Part shown: positions 19,070-27,939 of the stretch, piece after piece
Layout: the number at the start of each line of letters is the position of its first letter
Numbering within the stretch: the stretch's first letter is position 1
Assembly (NCBI RefSeq): GCF_023229695.1
Contig: NZ_JALNYS010000014.1
Span: 20,540-84,539 of the forward strand
DNA length: 64,000 nucleotides
Direction: 5' to 3'
Source: Sulfuricurvum sp.
Lineage (GTDB): Bacteria; Campylobacterota; Campylobacteria; Campylobacterales; Sulfurimonadaceae
The notes under the pieces: generated by a model
Seen by the model: only the letters and a program-made list of their open reading frames with translations
Told to the model about the DNA's origin: nothing
Database searches by the model: none
Translations under genes and position numbers: made by a program

Positions 19070-20100
19070 TGAAACCAATGATCAATGAAACACAATTGTT
19101 AGATGATTTAAAAACGATTATTTTAGAATCGAAGAATCGAGTTATACAAAGCGCAAATAGTATTTTAACGACGATGTATTGGGAAATCGGTCATAAAATC
19201 AATCAAGAAACTTTAAAAAACAGTCGTGCTGAATATGGAAAGTCAATTGTCGTAACACTGTCACGACAATTAAAACAAGAGTTTGGTAATGGATTTGAAG
19301 AGAAAAATTTGAGAAGAATGATGCAATTCGCGACATTTTTTGAAAAAGAGAAAGTCGTATCGCTGATGCGAGAATTATCTTGGAGTCATTTTTTAGTTGT
19401 TCTGCCTATCAAAGATGAAACTCAAAGAGATTTTTATCTTCAAATATGTAAAAATGAAAAATGGAGCGTAAGAACGTTTCGAGATAGAGTGAATTCGATG
19501 CTTTATGAGCGAACGGCCCTATCAAAAAAACCGGATGAGTTGATCAAATACGAATTAGAAGAGCTGCAAAAAGGGACAATAAAAGATAGTTTAGTTCTTA
19601 AAGATCCTTATTTGCTCGATTTTTTAGATTTGAAAGATAGATTTTTAGAAAAAGATCTCGAAGATGCTATTTTACGACAACTGGAAGAATTTTTACTAGA
19701 ACTTGGAAATGGATTTTCGTTTATAGCACGACAAAAAAGAATCCAGTTGGATGGAGATGATTATTATATTGATCTCCTTTTTTACAATAGAAAACTCAAA
19801 AAACTCATAGCAATAGATTTGAAAATCGGGGAATTTAAACCCGAGTATAAAGGACAAATGGAACTTTATCTAAGATGGCTTGATAAATATGAAAAGCAAG
19901 ACGATGAACAAAGCCCGATAGGGATTATCCTCTGTACGGGTAAAAAAGATGAACAGATAGAACTTCTGGAAGTGGAAAAAAGCGGTATTCATGTAGCTGA
20001 ATATTTGACGGTTTTGCCACCAAAAGAGGTACTTCAAAATAAATTGCATCAAGCCATAGAATATGCGAAATTAAAGCATTTGGAAGATAGTAATGGATAA
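19069..20100 (+). CDS. DUF1016/YhcG-family PDDEXK nuclease-like protein
   Basis: YIDLLFYNRKLKKLIAIDLKIGEFKPEYKGQMELYLRWL (D...D/ExK core). N-terminal helical region typical of YhcG. Confidence 0.85.
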   Translation: MKPMINETQLLDDLKTIILESKNRVIQSANSILTTMYWEIGHKINQETLKNSRAEYGKSIVVTLSRQLKQEFGNGFEEKNLRRMMQFATFFEKEKVVSLMRELSWSHFLVVLPIKDETQRDFYLQICKNEKWSVRTFRDRVNSMLYERTALSKKPDELIKYELEELQKGTIKDSLVLKDPYLLDFLDLKDRFLEKDLEDAILRQLEEFLLELGNGFSFIARQKRIQLDGDDYYIDLLFYNRKLKKLIAIDLKIGEFKPEYKGQMELYLRWLDKYEKQDDEQSPIGIILCTGKKDEQIELLEVEKSGIHVAEYLTVLPPKEVLQNKLHQAIEYAKLKHLEDSNG

Positions 20101-20116
20101 GTTAGTGGAAAATAAA

Positions 20117-20221
20117 ATGACCCCATTCACACTTAAAACTCTACCCGTTCAAAAAGAGATAGAAACCACCAGGATCCTCAAGAACTCGATCAGTGCGAAC
20201 CCTTCGACAGGCTCAGGGTGA
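20117..20221 (+). pseudogene. Second truncated fic-type 5' fragment (MTPFTLKTLPVQKEIETTRILKNSISA...)
   Basis: Its first 81 nt are 64/81 identical to 18956-19036 by my manual count. It terminates after 34 codons inside a REP-like segment (ccttcgacaggctcagggtgaacgg). Confidence 0.5.
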
Positions 20222-20321
20222 ACGGGAAAAATATACCGATAAAAGTGAAAAATTTCGGTATATCTTCAAAATATGTCGAAAAACAGCAAAATTTACACAT
20301 TACACAAAAAGGTATCTAAAT

Positions 20322-21020
20322 ATGCTCCTTTATCAGCCCGATGGCGGCTATTGTTACAACAGTGATTCGATATTGCTGTACGGATTCATTTCCCGTTTTG
20401 CCCCGCGTGGGAAGGTACTCGATGTCGGTGCGGGGAGTGGAATCGTGGGATTGCTGGTAGGGCGGGATTTTCCGGAGATCACCTTGGAGTCCGTTGAAAA
20501 ACAGCCTTTGTATATGGAGTTTGCCCGTCGAAATGCGGCGATCAACCGTATCGGCTATACGCTCCATGAGGGGGATTTTTTGGAACTCGGAAATCATGGG
20601 AGTTATGACTGGATCGTATCGAATCCTCCGTTTTACCATGAAAATGTGTCGCGCTCTCTTAATCCTATCCTCCATCAGGCACGCTACAACGTCCATTTGC
20701 CGATTGAGCCGTTTATCACTAAAATCTCCAAACTTCTCAAATCCAACGGCGAAGCGGCGATCTGTTACGATGCGCGTCAATTTGTACTGTTGTGCGGTGC
20801 GTGTGAACGTACAGGATTAAGAGTCGTTGATGTACAATTCGTCCATTCGAAAGAGGATCGTCCCAGCACATTGGTGATGCTCCATCTGAAAAAAAACAGC
20901 AAAGCAATGCTGAATGTTCTCCCTCCGTTGATCACATTTTCGGAGGAGAGTTATACCCCTGCGGTGCAGGCGATTTACGATAAAGCAAAGGTACACAGTA
21001 TCAAATGTCCGAGTATATGA
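20322..21020 (+). CDS. Class I SAM-dependent methyltransferase with NPPF motif (TrmN6/YfiC-like N6-adenine MTase)
   Basis: VLDVGAGSGIVGL (motif I) and IVSNPPFY (motif IV). The ATG at 20322 is preferred because the longer ORF-track start runs through the REP-like segment. Confidence 0.75.
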   Translation: MLLYQPDGGYCYNSDSILLYGFISRFAPRGKVLDVGAGSGIVGLLVGRDFPEITLESVEKQPLYMEFARRNAAINRIGYTLHEGDFLELGNHGSYDWIVSNPPFYHENVSRSLNPILHQARYNVHLPIEPFITKISKLLKSNGEAAICYDARQFVLLCGACERTGLRVVDVQFVHSKEDRPSTLVMLHLKKNSKAMLNVLPPLITFSEESYTPAVQAIYDKAKVHSIKCPSI

Positions 21021-21385
21021 CACGAGAAGGATTCAGCTACGCATTTGACCCCTCCGCCTGCGCCAAATGCGGGGGGAATTGCTGTACGGGGGAGAGCGGC
21101 AATATTTTTGTCTCTGTGACCGAAATCGAGACTATCGCAAAGCTGCTGGAGATGGAGGAGGGGGAGTTTCGCCGTACCTATCTTCGCAAAGAGGGTTACC
21201 GTTTTTCGATTAAAGAACGCCAGGTAAACGGGTCGTATGATTGTATATTTTTTAATCGTTCACTAAATGGGTGTAGTATTTACGAAGCAAGACCGTTGCA
21301 GTGCCGGACGTTCCCTTTTTGGGACTATTTTCGCCACCGCATCGATGAGCTCAAAGCTGAGTGTCCGGGGATAATTCATGAATAA
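21017..21385 (+). CDS. YkgJ-family (UPF0153) cysteine-cluster protein
   Basis: CAKCGGNCCTG plus downstream CIFF...C...C cysteines. The ATG at 21017 forms an ATGA overlap with the upstream stop. 21005 is an alternative start. Confidence 0.75.
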   Translation: MTREGFSYAFDPSACAKCGGNCCTGESGNIFVSVTEIETIAKLLEMEEGEFRRTYLRKEGYRFSIKERQVNGSYDCIFFNRSLNGCSIYEARPLQCRTFPFWDYFRHRIDELKAECPGIIHE

Positions 21386-22628
21386 AATACTTTTGGCGGC
21401 ACTGGTCCTCGTAAGTGGACTGCATGCAACCCCAATGTTAAGCAAGAGGGTATTTGAAGATACGTTTATCCTCTATGCTTTCGATGCGCAAATGCGTCAT
21501 AAGCCTCATGATGCATCGGAATATTTTTCCGAGCTCTACAAGCGAACGTCCAAAAAAGAGTATCTGTACCAATCCCTGCGGATGCTGGAAGAGGCGAATG
21601 AGCTCCCGTTACTCTCCCAGAGGGTGAAGGAGTCTTTAAAAGAGCTTCCCGAAGATGAGATGCTTCAGCGTTTCGGGATAATTGTATTGCTGCAAGAGGG
21701 GAGTTTTGCGGAAGCTTCCCAAAAAGGGCTGGAATTAAGCAATAAAACGAAAAAAGCACCGGATTATCTTCTGTATGCCGAAGCACGTCTTAAAATCAGC
21801 GATTTCGAGGGGACCCTTTCGGCGCTTAAAAAGGCGTATGATTTGACGTATGACGAACGGACGGCAGAGCGGATAGCTCTGGTGTATTATGCCCACATGA
21901 ATCAGAAAAAAGAGGGGATCCAATTTTTAAAAGAGCACATCAGCGCACACGGGAACAGTGGATTGATCGGGAAACGGCTGGGGAGTCTGTATGCCGACAG
22001 CGGCGCGCTAGACGATGCGGCCGAGATTTATGCCCAAACGTATGAGCTGACCAAGGAGGCGGAGATTGCGGATGAAGCGGTCAGAGTGTACCTTCACACC
22101 CAAAAGTACACCAAGGTTGTAGCGATTCTGGAAAAATCGGGGGTGAACGATCCGATGCTATTGGAATTTTATGTGAAAGAAAAAGAGTTTAACAAAGCTT
22201 CGGCCCTTGCTCAAAAACTCTATCTTCATCAGAACAATCCCCTCTACCTTGCCCAAAGCGCCGTATTTATGTACGAAGGGGCAAAAGACAAGCACGATGC
22301 CGCAGTCATAGCCAAGGTCGTAGAGAGTCTCAAAAAAGCGACCTCTATGGTCGAAGATCCCCTCTACCTCAATTATCTGGGGTATTTGATGATCGATCAT
22401 GATCTCAATGTCACCGAAGGGATGGGGTACGTCCGCCGTGCCCTCAACAAACAGCCCGATTCCCCGTTTTACATCGATTCGCTGGCATGGGGGAATTACA
22501 AACAAGGCGAGTGTGCCGAAGCGCTGCGCCTGATGAAACAGGTCGAATCGATGATAGGCAGCAATGAGCAAGATGTTAAAGAACATCTTAAAGCGATTGA
22601 AGCGTGTAAAACCAAGGAGAAGAAATGA
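21378..22628 (+). CDS. Secreted helical-repeat (TPR-like) protein
   Basis: Signal-peptide-like [17 protein letters not shown]. Repeated A/Y/L-rich helical pairs. Overlaps neighbouring genes on both sides, indicating an operon. Confidence 0.6.
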   Translation: MNKILLAALVLVSGLHATPMLSKRVFEDTFILYAFDAQMRHKPHDASEYFSELYKRTSKKEYLYQSLRMLEEANELPLLSQRVKESLKELPEDEMLQRFGIIVLLQEGSFAEASQKGLELSNKTKKAPDYLLYAEARLKISDFEGTLSALKKAYDLTYDERTAERIALVYYAHMNQKKEGIQFLKEHISAHGNSGLIGKRLGSLYADSGALDDAAEIYAQTYELTKEAEIADEAVRVYLHTQKYTKVVAILEKSGVNDPMLLEFYVKEKEFNKASALAQKLYLHQNNPLYLAQSAVFMYEGAKDKHDAAVIAKVVESLKKATSMVEDPLYLNYLGYLMIDHDLNVTEGMGYVRRALNKQPDSPFYIDSLAWGNYKQGECAEALRLMKQVESMIGSNEQDVKEHLKAIEACKTKEKK

Positions 22629-23410
22629 TCTTAGACGATATTATCAAAAAAACCAAAGAAGATTTAATCGAGAGGGAAGCTAGATTCAGTATGGACTGGC
22701 TGGGAAAATCGTTAGCGTTTAATGCCCGGGCTCCCCGTGATGTGCGCCCTTTTTTAACCTCAACTCCCGATGAGCCCTACCGCATTATCTCCGAGGTGAA
22801 AAAAGCGAGCCCGTCGAAAGGGGTGATCCGTGAGGATTTTGACCCTTTGGCGATTGCTCAAGCCTATGAGCGCGGCGGGGCGAATGCGATTTCGATTCTG
22901 ACCGAACCCCATTTTTTTCAGGGGAATCTCGATTATCTGGCGGAGATACGTCGCTATGTGAGTATCCCGCTGTTGCGCAAGGATTTTATCGTCTCCAAAT
23001 ACCAGCTCCTCGAAGCACTCGTGTACGGAGCCGATTTCGTCCTTCTTATCGCGGCGGCATTGTCCAAAAATGAGCTCAAAGAGCTTCTCGACTATACCCG
23101 TCATCTGGGGATGGAAGCGCTGGTCGAGATCCACGATAAAGTAGAACTGACCAAAGCTATTTATGCCGGAGCCGATATCATCGGGATTAACCACCGCAAT
23201 CTGCAAACGTTTGAGATGAATATGAATCTCAGCTATGAATTGATCCCGTTGATCCCTAACGGTAAGATTATCGTTGCCGAAAGCGGTATCTACGAACACG
23301 GACAACTGGAAGATCTGAACAAAGCAGGCGTGGACGCGTTTCTCGTCGGTGAGTCGCTGATGCGCCAGGATGATGTCGAAACGGCACTCCGCACCCTTAA
23401 AAACGGTTAA
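22625..23410 (+). CDS. trpC: Indole-3-glycerol phosphate synthase
   Basis: [42 protein letters not shown] and ESGI motifs. Confidence 0.92.
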   Translation: MILDDIIKKTKEDLIEREARFSMDWLGKSLAFNARAPRDVRPFLTSTPDEPYRIISEVKKASPSKGVIREDFDPLAIAQAYERGGANAISILTEPHFFQGNLDYLAEIRRYVSIPLLRKDFIVSKYQLLEALVYGADFVLLIAAALSKNELKELLDYTRHLGMEALVEIHDKVELTKAIYAGADIIGINHRNLQTFEMNMNLSYELIPLIPNGKIIVAESGIYEHGQLEDLNKAGVDAFLVGESLMRQDDVETALRTLKNG

Positions 23411-23421
23411 TTCCACTTTTA

Positions 23422-23988
23422 ATGAAGAAAACGATTAAAACCCTTTCCGGTGTTGTTTTGATCGTTATGGGATTCGGGCTGATCGTTGCGCTGGCCTTTC
23501 CGTCGCTGAGCGATTCGGCCCATGCCGGACGGAGCGAAAAAAAAATCCCCCTTGAATTTTCATTTTTGAAAGAGGAACACGCCCCGCTGGTATTGATCTA
23601 TTTCGGATACGTCGGTTGTACCCGGGTCTGTACCCCGGCACTGAGCGATCTGGCCCAAATTTACCGTCTCCGAAAAATCGCCTCCGCAGATCATCTGCCC
23701 GCACTCTGGTTTGTCAATATGACCCCCCGGATGGATTCTGCCTCAGTGCAGAGCTGGGCGGAACATTTTGATTCTGATTTTAAATCCTATGCCCCGAGCG
23801 AGAGCGAGCTGCAAACGATTTCCCAAACTCTGAACCTCGTTTATACCAATCTCGGCGTCAAAGCGGAACACATGCCTTATGCGTATTTGGCTAAAAAAAC
23901 CGATATCGGCTATGAACTGGTTTACATTTATACATCTTCACCGTATAATCGCACAGTAATGTTACAAGATATGGAGGCACTGCAATGA
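23422..23988 (+). CDS. SCO1/SenC-like thioredoxin-fold protein (membrane-anchored, CxxxC + His)
   Basis: N-terminal TM segment. [17 protein letters not shown] (compare SCO FGYTxCPDVCP). Downstream AEHMPYAYL (the conserved His position of SCO proteins). Confidence 0.75.
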   Translation: MKKTIKTLSGVVLIVMGFGLIVALAFPSLSDSAHAGRSEKKIPLEFSFLKEEHAPLVLIYFGYVGCTRVCTPALSDLAQIYRLRKIASADHLPALWFVNMTPRMDSASVQSWAEHFDSDFKSYAPSESELQTISQTLNLVYTNLGVKAEHMPYAYLAKKTDIGYELVYIYTSSPYNRTVMLQDMEALQ

Positions 23989-25508
23989 ATTTTAATTTCC
24001 TTTTTCCGGCCCATGACACCTCTCACAGCCCTGATATCCGATTGCGGCTTCATGAAGATTTTGTTAAAGCCGATAAAGTTATGCTGATTATCGGAATAGT
24101 CTCCTTCCTCGCTGTTGCGTTCGTAACCTCGATTCGCTACTCCACCTACTCGTTCGGAATGATTAACGGCGCATTGGCTCTGGGACTTATCGTGATCGCT
24201 TTTATGGCGTTTCGAGGGACGACGATCGGGCGGATTATCATTGCACTTGGGCTGTCGATTTTTCCGATGATTATGATCCAGCAGCAGCTGGGGATGATCG
24301 AGATGCATTTTGCCCTTTTTTTTATGGCCGCTTTTTTGGCGATTTATAAAGACATCATCCCCGTTCTGACGGCTACGGTGGCGGTCGCGTTTCACCATAT
24401 TCTTTTCTTTTTTCTCCAGCTCAATCATGCGTCGATGTTTGGTTTTGAGGTGATTGTATTTGCCAGCGGCTGCGATGTCTGGATTTTATTGACCCATATT
24501 ATCATGTTTACGGTACAGGTTATCGGCCTCGTGTACATTATCGTCAATACGACTCACCAGTTTATCAAAAGCAACGAACTTCAGATAGCATCGGATAACA
24601 ACGTCAAATTGATGGAAGAGGGGATCCGTCAGGATGCCCATATGGTTCAGGAGGCGGTCGGTATCGTGGCGGAGGTTTCGAAAGGGATACTGGATCGCAA
24701 TCTCAAGGCGGTTCCGGCAAATTCTCAGTTGAGAGAACTGCGGGATGTTTTTAATACCATGTTGGGCGATCTGCGCCGGATGGTTGGCCCCAATATCGTT
24801 GAAATTACCCGTGTCGTTGAAGCGTACGGCGATTTTGACTTTACCAAACGGATTTCCCACAACAGCGGAAAAATCGAACAGCTGGTGAATAAGCTCGGCG
24901 ATGATATTTCGGCGATGCTGCGTACCAATCTGGCCAACGGGACCGAAATGGATGAGAGTGCACAGCGCCTTAAGAAAAACGTTGACGAATTAGCCAGCTC
25001 TTCCAAAGAGCAAGCCAAAGGGATCCAAAAAACCTCCCAGCAGGTCGATCACATGACCCAAAGCGTTGAAGGGGTTCTTCAGCGTACGCAGGAGGTGAGC
25101 CATCAGTCCGAAGACATTAAAATGATTATTACCGTCATCGGCGACATCGCGGATCAAACCAATCTGTTGGCATTGAATGCGGCTATCGAAGCGGCACGGG
25201 CAGGGGAACACGGAAGAGGATTCGCCGTTGTCGCCGATGAGGTGCGAAAACTGGCGGAACGGACCCAAAAATCACTCTCTGATATCAATGCAAATGTTGG
25301 ATTATTGGTGCAGTCGATTAACGATATCGGTGATGCGATCGAACATCAAGCCGGAGGGATCCGTCAGATCAATCACATCATCAGCGAATTTGAAGGGGAG
25401 ATTCAAAACAATGCAAAAATCGCTTCCAATACCGATGCAATCGCGAATGAGGTATTTGTGATGGCGGATCGCGTTCTAAGCGACGTCAAATCGAAAAAAT
25501 TTAATTGA
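23985..25508 (+). CDS. Methyl-accepting chemotaxis protein with an unusual 6-TM His-containing N-terminal input domain
   Basis: C-terminal MCP signalling core [37 protein letters not shown]-terminal ~200 aa with about 6 TM helices carrying IEMHF, YKDIIPV and [15 protein letters not shown] overlap with the SCO-like gene. Confidence 0.9.
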   Translation: MNFNFLFPAHDTSHSPDIRLRLHEDFVKADKVMLIIGIVSFLAVAFVTSIRYSTYSFGMINGALALGLIVIAFMAFRGTTIGRIIIALGLSIFPMIMIQQQLGMIEMHFALFFMAAFLAIYKDIIPVLTATVAVAFHHILFFFLQLNHASMFGFEVIVFASGCDVWILLTHIIMFTVQVIGLVYIIVNTTHQFIKSNELQIASDNNVKLMEEGIRQDAHMVQEAVGIVAEVSKGILDRNLKAVPANSQLRELRDVFNTMLGDLRRMVGPNIVEITRVVEAYGDFDFTKRISHNSGKIEQLVNKLGDDISAMLRTNLANGTEMDESAQRLKKNVDELASSSKEQAKGIQKTSQQVDHMTQSVEGVLQRTQEVSHQSEDIKMIITVIGDIADQTNLLALNAAIEAARAGEHGRGFAVVADEVRKLAERTQKSLSDINANVGLLVQSINDIGDAIEHQAGGIRQINHIISEFEGEIQNNAKIASNTDAIANEVFVMADRVLSDVKSKKFN

Positions 25509-25645
25509 CCCCTGCTAAAAGGGAACATTGGGGCACTCAGAGCAGCAAAAACAGTTAAAAATAAAATTTGAGTATTTTTTAAGCAATCCTTGATGTTAGT
25601 TTAGGATATTATTGAGATAGTCCTATTTTTTCACAAGGGGTGTTT

Positions 25646-27010
25646 ATGATTGAACCGATAAGTCCGGAATTACAAAAATTTTATGATGTTTTTGAAGGTG
25701 TGGATCAGACAAAGGTTTCTGAGTTCAAAGATTTTTTAGAGGCAAATGCGGTCAATTTCAATCTATTCAAAGATGGCAGTTTTATTGAACGCTCTTTTCC
25801 GTTTGATATGATTCCCCGTATAATCCCGAAAGCGGAGTTTGACCATTTGGAAGCGGGAATCATTCAACGGGTTAAAGCGCTGAACGCCTTTCTAAACGAT
25901 GTTTATACCGAGCAGAAGATTCTAAAAGAGGGGATCGTTCCGCGTGAATACGTCGATTCGGCCAAAGGGTTTTTAGGCGAATTTATGGGGGTTGTCCCTC
26001 CCAAAGAGATCCGTACCCATATCAGCGGAATCGACTTGGTCAAAGATGCGGTGAGCGGTAACTGGATTATTCTGGAAGATAACCTTCGTGTCCCCAGCGG
26101 AGTGAGCTACCCCCTCACGATTCGACGTGCGTTTCGCCATACCTACCCCGAGTTTTTTGAATCCATGAAAATCTCGAAAATCAAACAATACGGCGATCAG
26201 CTCAAAGCGGCAATGGATTACGTCAATACCGGCGGATTGAATGTCATTTTGACTCCGGGTCGGTACAATTCGGCCTATTACGAACACAGTTATCTGGCGA
26301 AAATCACGGGAGCGACACTGGCGGAGGGGGAGGATCTGATTGTCGAAGAGAATGAGGTCTTTTTACGCAGTTATAACGGCCAGATGCTTCGCGTCGGAGC
26401 TATTTACCGCCGTCTTGACGACGATTTTCTCGACCCCAAAGAGTTTGATCCCGAAAGCCTTATCGGAGTGCCCTACCTTGCGAGCGCCTACCGAACGGGA
26501 AATGTTGCGATTATGAACAGTATCGGCAACGGTGTCGCCGATGATAAAGGGATCTATTATTTCGTCCCGCAGATGATCCGGTATTATCTGGATGAAGAGC
26601 CGATTTTAAGCAATGCACCGACGTACCTGCCGTATTACGAAAAAGATCGCGAATATGTGCTGGCAAATATCGATAAATTGGTCATTAAAGACGTTGCGGA
26701 AGCGGGGGGGTATGGCGTATTGTTCGGCAATCGTCTGAACCCGGAACAGCGTGAAGAGATTATCGGGATGATTTTGGCCGATCCCCGCCGTTTTATTGCT
26801 CAGGAGGTGATCGAGTTTTACGACCTTCCGTGCATGATGAACGGAGAGATTTTACCGCGTAAAGCCGATTTGCGGGCATATGTTATACACGGTGAAGAGA
26901 TTAGCGTCAGTATGGGGGGATTGACCCGTTATGCGATGGAAGAAGGCAATTACCTCGTCAACTCTTCACAGGGGGGGGGATTTAAAGATACATGGGTGGT
27001 GGAATTATGA
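25646..27010 (+). CDS. Circularly permuted type-2 ATP-grasp protein (COG2308/DUF404-DUF407 class)
   Basis: The length, the FPFDMIPRIIP..., NSIGNGVADDKGIYYFVP and LTRYA...LVNSSQGGG pattern are characteristic of this family. Followed by an alpha-E gene, as in the described operons. Confidence 0.8.
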   Translation: MIEPISPELQKFYDVFEGVDQTKVSEFKDFLEANAVNFNLFKDGSFIERSFPFDMIPRIIPKAEFDHLEAGIIQRVKALNAFLNDVYTEQKILKEGIVPREYVDSAKGFLGEFMGVVPPKEIRTHISGIDLVKDAVSGNWIILEDNLRVPSGVSYPLTIRRAFRHTYPEFFESMKISKIKQYGDQLKAAMDYVNTGGLNVILTPGRYNSAYYEHSYLAKITGATLAEGEDLIVEENEVFLRSYNGQMLRVGAIYRRLDDDFLDPKEFDPESLIGVPYLASAYRTGNVAIMNSIGNGVADDKGIYYFVPQMIRYYLDEEPILSNAPTYLPYYEKDREYVLANIDKLVIKDVAEAGGYGVLFGNRLNPEQREEIIGMILADPRRFIAQEVIEFYDLPCMMNGEILPRKADLRAYVIHGEEISVSMGGLTRYAMEEGNYLVNSSQGGGFKDTWVVEL

Positions 27011-27708
27011 TGACAAACGGTGTAGCTATTTCCGTCAATACGGCGCAGCAGCTTTATTGGTTCGGGCGCTATGTACAGCGTGCGGAGACGATTTTACGCG
27101 AATTGGTGAAGAGTTACGATTATGTGATCGATCGGGATGTGGATGACGGACGCAAGCTGTATGCAAAATTAGGGGTAGAGATCGATTATCGGAGTGCCTG
27201 TGATTTTTTGAAGCAGGGGGTTTACGGAAAACAGGGGGGAAGTATTGAATCCATTATCACCTGGGCGAGAGAAAATGCGATAGAGACCCGCCATCTTCTG
27301 GATGAACGGGGTTTCGCCGCACTGAATAAAATCTACAATCATATATCGGCGGGGCGTGAACGTGCCGTCAGCCCTACCTATCTGGAAGAGGCGATTGATA
27401 ATTTCGCCCTTATTCTGGGGATATTTTCATCCGAATTAGGACGCCCGAAAGCGTATAATTTTATCCGTCTCGGTCAGCAGGTGGAGCGTTTTGACCTGAT
27501 TTTACGTTTATACGACGGCATCGATCTTGTGAATGCCGAGCTTGAGTCGATGAATGCGATCGGAAGACGGCTGAACCGGAATTATCAGCCGCTTAAAATT
27601 ACGTCATCGAGCATTCCCAAAGCGTTGAGTGCCGTCAACGGCGTCATCGATCGTGTGATCGTAAAATCCGAAGTTGCGTCGGAGTCTTCCCAGAGACAAG
27701 GACAATAG
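27007..27708 (+). CDS. Alpha-E domain protein (COG2307/DUF403 class)
   Basis: QLYWFGRYVQRAE near the N-terminus is the typical alpha-E opening. The ATG at 27007 overlaps the ATP-grasp stop (ATGA). Confidence 0.8.
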   Translation: MMTNGVAISVNTAQQLYWFGRYVQRAETILRELVKSYDYVIDRDVDDGRKLYAKLGVEIDYRSACDFLKQGVYGKQGGSIESIITWARENAIETRHLLDERGFAALNKIYNHISAGRERAVSPTYLEEAIDNFALILGIFSSELGRPKAYNFIRLGQQVERFDLILRLYDGIDLVNAELESMNAIGRRLNRNYQPLKITSSSIPKALSAVNGVIDRVIVKSEVASESSQRQGQ

Positions 27709-27759
27709 CGTTTTATCTCTCGAAAAGCAAAGAGAAGGGATGGTATATTTCCATCATTA

Positions 27760-27906
27760 ACTGATGTTACGCACTTTTCAGGCAAAGCCCGTAAAGTGGC
27801 GGGGACAATTTGTTCCCTGCACCCCCCTAAAGCTACCCGCATCTGTCGGATGCGGGAGAAAAACTTCCCTTTACACACTTGCTAAAGCAAGGTGCGTAAG
27901 GTCAGT
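27760..27906 (+). mobile_element. MITE copy 1 (147 bp, 15-bp imperfect TIRs, 5-bp TSD CATTA)
   Basis: Left end ACTGATGTTACGCAC. The right end GTGCGTAAGGTCAGT is the reverse complement of ACTGACCTTACGCAC. CATTA is present at 27755-27759 and 27907-27911. About 96% identical to 54681-54827 (6 mismatches by manual count). Confidence 0.85.
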
Positions 27907-27939
27907 CATTAAATAGTTACGCGTCGAAGAGGAGAAAAT

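Noticed and set aside
20193-20321. N-terminal extension of the methyltransferase ORF (MRTLRQAQGEREKYTDK...)
   Set aside because: The extension is read through the REP-like segment and AT-rich spacer. The conserved methyltransferase N-terminus starts at the ATG at 20322.
27585-27878. Near-identical small ORFs (MRVALGGCR.QIVPATLRALPEKCVTSVN...) at 27585..27878 and 54503..54763
   Set aside because: The shared peptide is encoded entirely by the MITE copies. The conservation reflects the repeat, not a protein-coding gene.
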